Below are positions 7,292 to 12,554 of a stretch of 12,554 nt of DNA, piece after piece (the first letter of the stretch is position 1; every line of letters begins with the position of its first letter). The stretch comes from Verrucomicrobiales bacterium (lineage in GTDB: Bacteria; Verrucomicrobiota; Verrucomicrobiia; Verrucomicrobiales; V1-33), in the NCBI GenBank assembly GCA_031411295.1, contig JANOAV010000058.1:1-12554 (forward strand), in the 5' to 3' direction. A model generated the notes under the pieces. The model worked only from the letters and a program-made list of their open reading frames with translations, searched no databases and was not told the DNA's origin. The position numbers and the translations under genes are program-made.

Positions 7292-8674
7292 TTCGACGAC
7301 CCCTTGCACGATGTCCTCAAATTGGAACTTCCCTCCTTCAAGGCTTTTGCTAATAGACCAGAGCCGACGCTGTGTTTTGTCGTAGCGGAGCGGCTTGCCA
7401 TCATAAGGATCGATCGACACGGATGGAATGTAATCAGGCACCAGTTGGTCCAGCGAGTCGGGTAATTCACTCGCATGATCCAGTCGCCACGCCTTTACCA
7501 GCAAGGCAAGCCGCGCCAACCTCACTCGAGCAAGCGTGGTGAAGAGTGAACTATAAAGTATCGGCACCGTGATGGAGCGCTCATTTAAGGAGTCCTTAAA
7601 GGATTCGCCCAGGGTTGGCTTTATTCCAGACCAATCCAACTGATTCGATTCATATTCAGGAAACGCTTTTCTGAACTCATCCCAAGTGGCAACGGGAGCG
7701 ACCAATGCGCTCCCATATTCTTGGGCATATTTGTCTCGGACCGCATCAAGATCGACCTGCTTGATCGCTTCAATGTCGTCCAGCACGGTGGCTGGTGGTT
7801 TGGCCATCCACTGCTCTTCTGTCTCCTCCGGGTCCGTGTCTGCGATTGGCTCTGTTGGGATGGACAGTTTGAATATCTTTTTATGGGCGAGTTGGCGTTC
7901 CACAACCATAAGCTGGAGTGGCTTTCCGCCATTACGGCAGATCTGAAGCAAGTTTTGCTCCCCCCGGAATTCTCCCTGCAAAGTTGCTTTCAAAGGTCCG
8001 ACCACCTCCTCGAAAGGAAGCAGTTCCGCGGCAAGCTTCTTGGCTGTCGTTGCATCCGGGGCGGCCTGACCAATCCAACCAGCGTGCCTTGCGGCTAGTC
8101 GTAGCAGTGCGTTTCCAGCAAGGACAGATAGGAGATTGCCAGAACGAATCATTTGCTGTTGAAACCTCATTTCGGATAGAATCGCTGACCACCCGATCAA
8201 AAGTTCACGATCCTGAGCGCGCGCCACGTCGGCGGCCAGCGCCATTTTGCTGCGGTAAAAAAAGCGTCCGATTCCGGCCGATTTTTCCTCATCAAGCTTC
8301 GTGTAGGTCCGCAGCGGACGATAGAAACTCCGGCGTTTCAACACTTCCGCTCCCAGTCGGATCAGCGCCAAGTTCGCTTCCATCTGCTCTTTTAACCAAG
8401 CACGATCAACCCCCATCGGCTTGGATTCGCTGGCTTCCTCTGGAAAGACAATGAATGGTTTCGTCCGAAGTTCATCCTCCACCACCCGCTCGGGCAACTC
8501 CTGCATGGCCAGCCAAGCGTTGTCTTCCTCTGCCACGATGGGGGCAGGCGTGAGCAATTCGCGGTAACGAGCGTCGATATCTCCAGCCCGAACGGACGGT
8601 AGCACGATGGCTATGAGTAGCCCAGCATAAAGCGGTGCCCTGTTCGGCAGTGAGGTAGCGGTTTGAAATTTCAT
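7289..8674 (-). CDS. Hypothetical exported/membrane-anchored protein with GspG (T2SS pseudopilin)-like C-terminal motif
   Basis: 461 aa from ATG 8674 (alternative GTG 8734, 481 aa). N-terminal hydrophobic stretch APLYAGLLIAIVLPSVRA, then P..AEEDNAW, and C-terminal RLARLALLVKAWRLDHASELPDSLDQLVPDYIPSVSIDPYDGKPLRY. This architecture is recurrent in PVC hypothetical proteins. Confidence 0.75.
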   Translation of the reverse strand: MKFQTATSLPNRAPLYAGLLIAIVLPSVRAGDIDARYRELLTPAPIVAEEDNAWLAMQELPERVVEDELRTKPFIVFPEEASESKPMGVDRAWLKEQMEANLALIRLGAEVLKRRSFYRPLRTYTKLDEEKSAGIGRFFYRSKMALAADVARAQDRELLIGWSAILSEMRFQQQMIRSGNLLSVLAGNALLRLAARHAGWIGQAAPDATTAKKLAAELLPFEEVVGPLKATLQGEFRGEQNLLQICRNGGKPLQLMVVERQLAHKKIFKLSIPTEPIADTDPEETEEQWMAKPPATVLDDIEAIKQVDLDAVRDKYAQEYGSALVAPVATWDEFRKAFPEYESNQLDWSGIKPTLGESFKDSLNERSITVPILYSSLFTTLARVRLARLALLVKAWRLDHASELPDSLDQLVPDYIPSVSIDPYDGKPLRYDKTQRRLWSISKSLEGGKFQFEDIVQGVVE

Positions 8675-8746
8675 GCCGATTTTTCTAACACGCTCAATGG
8701 TTCGAAGCAAGACCAATCCAACCACTACAGCCACCCCGTTCCTAGC

Positions 8747-9031
8747 CTAACGTCGCCTCGATTTGCCCAAGCGTTGCCTTGTCCAGATGCGAACGAGCCA
8801 AGCAATGAAGCACAGTCCAAGCGGGATCGTCGGGAACCAAAAAGGAACTGGAATCTCGTTCCAACACAAAACCGTCATATAAATCCCCAAGCCTGTGGCG
8901 AGTCCTGATAAAATCATCAGCGGGGCGGTCAGTTTTTGCGCAAATCGATATCCTTTGGGGAAGAGAGCGCACACCATGCAGATCACCAACAACGGCAGGA
9001 GAATCGCCAGCATCCCCAACCAGATCATCAT
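8747..9031 (-). CDS. Small hypothetical membrane protein (about 3 TM helices)
   Basis: 94 aa from ATG 9031 (alternatives 9028 and 9082). Three hydrophobic segments (IWLGMLAILLPLLVICMVCALF; LMILSGLATGLGIYMTVLCW; FWFPTIPLGLCFIAWLV) and a basic tail RQRLGKSRRR. Confidence 0.6.
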   Translation of the reverse strand: MMIWLGMLAILLPLLVICMVCALFPKGYRFAQKLTAPLMILSGLATGLGIYMTVLCWNEIPVPFWFPTIPLGLCFIAWLVRIWTRQRLGKSRRR

Positions 9032-9160
9032 CTCAATGAATCCGCAATAACTGCTTTCGGCTAGAAATTGGGAGTTTCTCATCGTTCATTGATGCTAGCG
9101 CGTTTCCAGAAGTGCAAGCAGCATGTGGGGCGATTCAGAGGCTGTTGCGCTGTCATGTTG

Positions 9161-9228
9161 CCGACCGCAGCAGGGCTGCGAGTCGGAAAGCGGCAGCAGG
9201 CTGCCGCAGTCCACGGTGGCTGCGCCAC
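9161..9228 (-). repeat. Multi-hairpin REP-like element with GTGG foot
   Basis: Minus strand reads GTGG-ACT-GCGGCAGC-CT-GCTGCCGC-TTT-CCGAC-T-CGCAGC-CCT-GCTGCG-GTCGG. On plus: perfect stem 9190-9197/9200-9207, 11-bp bulged stem 9161-9171/9175-9186, and small stem GTGGC/GCCAC 9216-9228. Confidence 0.7.
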
Positions 9229-9253
9229 GGATGGGTCGCAAGCTCCACGGCTG

Positions 9254-9275
9254 ATGGGCGGGACGCCCATGCCAC
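9254..9275 (-). repeat. Single GTGG-type REP
   Basis: Minus strand GTGG-C-ATGGGCG-TCC-CGCCCAT: tetranucleotide foot plus perfect 7-bp stem (9254-9260/9264-9270) with a 3-nt loop. Confidence 0.7.
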
Positions 9276-9368
9276 AATTCCCGGGCACCAGTCCGACGCT
9301 TATTGCTCGCGCATTCTCGGAAAAGAATGTCGTTGAATCTGCGGGCTGCGGGCGGCTTACTTACGCTG

Positions 9369-12341
9369 ATGTTCCCTAAATTTCTCATTCTCCTTGTCAC
9401 GATTGCCTGCGCCAGTGCGGCCGACCCGGTTGTGCACCCGGCGTTTTCGCCTGAGCAGGTGACTTTCTATGAGAAAAACGTGCAGCCCATTCTGGTCGAG
9501 AATTGCTACAAATGTCACGGCGGGGGGGAACCGAATGCCGAAGGTCATGTCAAGGTGAAGAGCGGTTTGCAGATTATCAGCCGCTTGGGATTGGTGCGTG
9601 GCGGAGAACATGGCGCTGCGTTCAACTCTGCCAAACCGCTGGAGAGCTTACTGCTAAAGGTGGTTAGTTACGACGACGATCATTTAAAGATGCCGCCGTC
9701 CGGCAAGCTGAGTGAAAAGGATCGGAAGGTGCTGCAGGAGTGGGTGGAGATGGGCCTCCCTTGGACCGTGGCTGAGCAGGATCGCTTGGTGGATGCCGCG
9801 GAAGATCTGGGCAAGCGGAAGGAGGGGCCGGATAACACGTGGACCTATGAACCCTTACGCGAAATTACACCGCCTAAAGTAGCGGGTGCCACCAACCCGA
9901 TTGATGCCTTCCTGCTCAGCAAGCTCCAGGAAAAGAAGCTAGGCTTCGCTCCCCCAGCCCCCAAGGCGGCTCTGGCCAGACGGGCTTTCTATGATCTCAC
10001 TGGCCTGCCCCCGAGCCCTGAATCGGTGGCTGCTTTCGTTAAGGATGACGATCCTCAAGCTTACGCCAAGCTGCTGCAGCAACTGTTGGCGAGCAAACAC
10101 TATGGCGAGAAGTATGCCCGTTACTGGCTGGATCTGGTGCGCTATTCCGAGACGAACGGCTTCGAGCGCGATGCCTTCAAGAGCGAAATTTGGCGGTATC
10201 GGCAGTGGGTGATTGATAGTCTGAACGCCGATAAACCATACGATGAATTTGTGCGCGAGCAGATTGCGGGAGACGAAATGGCGAATGCCAGCCCCGACAC
10301 GCTGCTGGGCACGGGCTATTGGAATCTCATGCAGTGGGACGATGAACCAGCCGATCGGCTGCAACATAGCTACGACGTGATGGACGACAACCTCAGGGTC
10401 ACCAGTGAGGCCTTCCTTGGCATCAGCCTCGGTTGCGCGCGGTGTCACAATCACAAAGTGGATCCGCTTTCACAGAAGGACTACTACAGCTTCATGGCCT
10501 TCATGCACGGCCTGACTCCCTACTCGGCGGATGCTCGCCTGCGCGATCTGAGCCAACCCGACCAGCGCTTGACCAAGCAAGCCAAGCAGAAGCCGCAACT
10601 CCCGAATCCCAATGAACGAACCTACGACCAACTGGTAACTGCCCAGATGGTGAAATTTCAGAAAGAAGTGAGGAAGCGTTTCGGTGAAAAGAAGCAAGTG
10701 CCCGCCCCGGCTGATCTCGGAAAGGTGCTGCTGAGCGACTCCCGGGAGAAGGCCACGAACTGGCATTATACCACGACGGCCCCGGCAGAACATTGGCCCA
10801 CGCCGGGCTATAATCCAGATGAGAACGGCTGGAAAATGGGCGAAGGGGGCTTCGGCATCAAAGGCGTCCCCGCCTCACAAGTGCGCACCATTTGGAACAC
10901 CCGGGAAATTTGGCTGCGGGGTTATTTCCAACTCACCAGCATTCCCCGGGCTTTGAATCTGACCATCCACCACGACGAGGATGCAGAGATCTACTTGAAT
11001 GGTCGCATGGTGAAGCAATTGCGGGGATTCCTCCGGGACTATATTACGATTCCCCTGGATGCCGATGCCATTGCCTCACTCCAGACGGGAAAGAATGTCC
11101 TCGCCATTCACGTGCTGCACACCGGCGGCGGCCAATACATCGATGCCGGCCTGGAGGTGGGCGATCCCGACATCGCCAAACTCCTGGAAGAACGCGGCAG
11201 CGAGGTCTGTCAACCGCAGGAACTGGCGGATTATCAAGCGTTAGTGAAGCGCACCCCTAAACTTGCGACTCCCGCCGCTGAAGCTCCGAGCGGCATCAAG
11301 GCCCAGATAGCCGTGGAGCCGGGGCCTAAACCACCGGACTTGTCCGTCCATGTGCGCGGCAACGCCCACGTGCTGGGAGACAAGGTGGAACCGGCATTTC
11401 CCGTTGTCTTCAAAGGCCCTGCGCCAGACATCCAGCCTTCAGAACGCTCCAGCGGCCGACGCAAGGCGCTAGCCGATTGGCTTACCAATGCCCGCAACCC
11501 ACGCACCGCCCGCGTCATCGTGAACCGCGTCTGGCAATGGCATTTTGGTCGGGGATTGAATGCCTCCTCCAGTGATTGGGGAAAGCTTGGCAGTGGGGTC
11601 ACGCACCCAGAACTCATCGATTGGTTAGCGTCCGATTTCATCGCCCATGACTGGAGTTTAAAATACCTCCACTCCCTCATCATGAGCAGCCAAGCTTACC
11701 AACAGTCCGCGCTGTATCACCAAAAGCAATCCGCTGGCCACGAGGCCGATCCTGCCAACACCTTGTGGTGGCGGTTCGACATGCGTCGGCTGGCCAGCGA
11801 GGAGATTCGCGATTCCGTGCTCGCAGTAAGTGGAAATTTAAATCTTGCTTACGGCGGGGAAAGTTTCTTTGCTGAACTCCCAGAAGAGGTCATCGCGACG
11901 GCCTCCCACGGGGCGGGAGCTTGGGGCAAATCCCCTCCCGAGCAACAGACTCGTCGCAGCATCTATATGAAGTCCAAGCGCTCCCTATCGCACCCGCTGA
12001 TGACGGATTTCGATCAGGCGGATACGGATAACCCCTGCCCGGTTCGGTTTGCCACTACCGTGCCCACCCAGGCGCTGAATTTCCTCAATAGCAAATTCCT
12101 CGATGACCAGTCCAAAGTCCTGGCGCAAAGGCTCTCTAAAGAACACCCGAACGATCTCCCTGCCCAGATCACCCGTGGCCTGACCTTGGTGACCCAGCGC
12201 GGCAGCACTCCCTCCGAAATAAGCGAACTAGCCAAGCTCCACGAAACGTTCCGCACGCAGCATGGCATGGCGCCAGAAAAGGCGTTGGAGCGGGTCTGTC
12301 TGGTGTTGTTGAATTTGAACGAATTCCTCTATCTGGATTAA
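9369..12341 (+). CDS. Planctomycete-type cytochrome c (PSCyt1) / DUF1549 (PSCyt2) / DUF1553 (PSD1) protein with an internal sugar-binding-like domain
   Basis: 990 aa from ATG 9369, signal peptide MFPKFLILLVTIACASA. PSCyt1: FYEKNVQPILVENCYKCHG...MPP. DUF1549: NPIDAF, RRAFYDLTGLPP, HYGEKYARYWLDLVRY, YRQWVIDSLNADKPYDEF, LGCARCHNHK. DUF1553: GRRKALADWL..NPRTARVIVNRVWQWHFGRG, THPELIDWLA, RRLASEEIRDS, RRSIY, TTVPTQAL..LN, LLNLNEFLYLD. Confidence 0.93.
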   Translation: MFPKFLILLVTIACASAADPVVHPAFSPEQVTFYEKNVQPILVENCYKCHGGGEPNAEGHVKVKSGLQIISRLGLVRGGEHGAAFNSAKPLESLLLKVVSYDDDHLKMPPSGKLSEKDRKVLQEWVEMGLPWTVAEQDRLVDAAEDLGKRKEGPDNTWTYEPLREITPPKVAGATNPIDAFLLSKLQEKKLGFAPPAPKAALARRAFYDLTGLPPSPESVAAFVKDDDPQAYAKLLQQLLASKHYGEKYARYWLDLVRYSETNGFERDAFKSEIWRYRQWVIDSLNADKPYDEFVREQIAGDEMANASPDTLLGTGYWNLMQWDDEPADRLQHSYDVMDDNLRVTSEAFLGISLGCARCHNHKVDPLSQKDYYSFMAFMHGLTPYSADARLRDLSQPDQRLTKQAKQKPQLPNPNERTYDQLVTAQMVKFQKEVRKRFGEKKQVPAPADLGKVLLSDSREKATNWHYTTTAPAEHWPTPGYNPDENGWKMGEGGFGIKGVPASQVRTIWNTREIWLRGYFQLTSIPRALNLTIHHDEDAEIYLNGRMVKQLRGFLRDYITIPLDADAIASLQTGKNVLAIHVLHTGGGQYIDAGLEVGDPDIAKLLEERGSEVCQPQELADYQALVKRTPKLATPAAEAPSGIKAQIAVEPGPKPPDLSVHVRGNAHVLGDKVEPAFPVVFKGPAPDIQPSERSSGRRKALADWLTNARNPRTARVIVNRVWQWHFGRGLNASSSDWGKLGSGVTHPELIDWLASDFIAHDWSLKYLHSLIMSSQAYQQSALYHQKQSAGHEADPANTLWWRFDMRRLASEEIRDSVLAVSGNLNLAYGGESFFAELPEEVIATASHGAGAWGKSPPEQQTRRSIYMKSKRSLSHPLMTDFDQADTDNPCPVRFATTVPTQALNFLNSKFLDDQSKVLAQRLSKEHPNDLPAQITRGLTLVTQRGSTPSEISELAKLHETFRTQHGMAPEKALERVCLVLLNLNEFLYLD

Positions 12342-12415
12342 TTTTCCCTACCACAAAGATTTTGGGAATAAATCCCCGGTGGAATCCTCTCATAATTGCA
12401 ACCAAAACGAACGAC

Positions 12416-12554
12416 TAGTGCTTACTTGCAATAGTTAACAAATGTGAAATAAGTGGGGATGAGCCGCTCCATCAAACCGCTGAATTTAACGAACGACGAA
12501 AAGGTCACCATTGAAGCCCTAATCCGCAGTCCGCAAAGCACGCAGGGACAGGTC
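12416..12554 (+). mobile_element. Probable IS630-family insertion sequence, left end (truncated by window)
   Basis: CTAGTG at 12415-12420 (IS630 elements target TA, often within CTAG), followed by AT-rich putative terminal inverted repeat GTGCTTACTTGCAATAGTT and, 41 nt after the TA, an ORF with an IS630-like N-terminus. Confidence 0.65.
12459..12554 (+). CDS. Partial CDS, probable IS630-family transposase N-terminal HTH region
   Basis: Not in the ORF track because it is open at the window edge. Translation: MSRSIKPLNLTNDEKVTIEALIRSPQSTQGQV, matching the IS630/winged-HTH start pattern 'L.LT.EE+..LE.L.RS....Q' that is usually followed by RA.IIL. Confidence 0.65.
   Translation, partial: MSRSIKPLNLTNDEKVTIEALIRSPQSTQGQV

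Noticed and set aside
8747..8749. Pyrrolysine recoding of the in-frame TAG
   Set aside because: No pyl genes in the window, the protein is not a methylamine methyltransferase, and TAG is used as a normal stop by aroB and the 3237 CDS.
9303..9368. TTG/ATG upstream starts for the DUF1553 gene
   Set aside because: A clean signal peptide starts at ATG 9369; the upstream segment looks like promoter DNA (TTGAAT at 9333-9338).
9068..9400. Several overlapping short ORFs (9068-9379, 9079-9288, 9095-9400, 9112-9336)
   Set aside because: Translations of GC-rich palindromic repeats (Ala/Arg/Cys/Gly-rich), typical spurious REP-derived ORFs.
12344..12368. Intrinsic terminator after the DUF1553 gene (TTCCC/GGGAA)
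   Set aside because: Only a 5-bp stem with a 15-nt loop and no downstream U-tract.

Overview
GC-rich bacterial chromosomal window, inferred to come from the PVC superphylum (probably Verrucomicrobia, judging by the DUF1549/DUF1553 cytochrome gene, a GspG-like-tail protein, the repeat types and the lack of SD sites). Housekeeping core: pyrG-aroB on the minus strand, a divergent RMD1/DUF155-like membrane-anchored gene, and purH-pdxJ-acpS on the plus strand. These are followed by a lower-GC, minus-strand accessory pair: a small 3-TM protein and an exported protein with a GspG-like C-terminal motif, in frame with each other and separated by a single TAG. Next comes a ~990-aa PSCyt1/DUF1549/DUF1553 diheme protein with an inserted sugar-binding-like domain, then the left end and first 32 codons of a probable IS630-family element. 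The most notable non-coding signal is that most of the larger intergenic gaps hold REP/REPIN-like palindromes of different sequence families, most with a GTAG/GTGG/GGAG foot, including a clear inverted GTAG doublet at 124-225 with covarying arms. I found no clearly novel multi-gene system. The best leads are the REP diversity, the in-frame amber-split ORF pair, and the DUF1553 gene lacking its usual DUF1501 partner next to the IS end.
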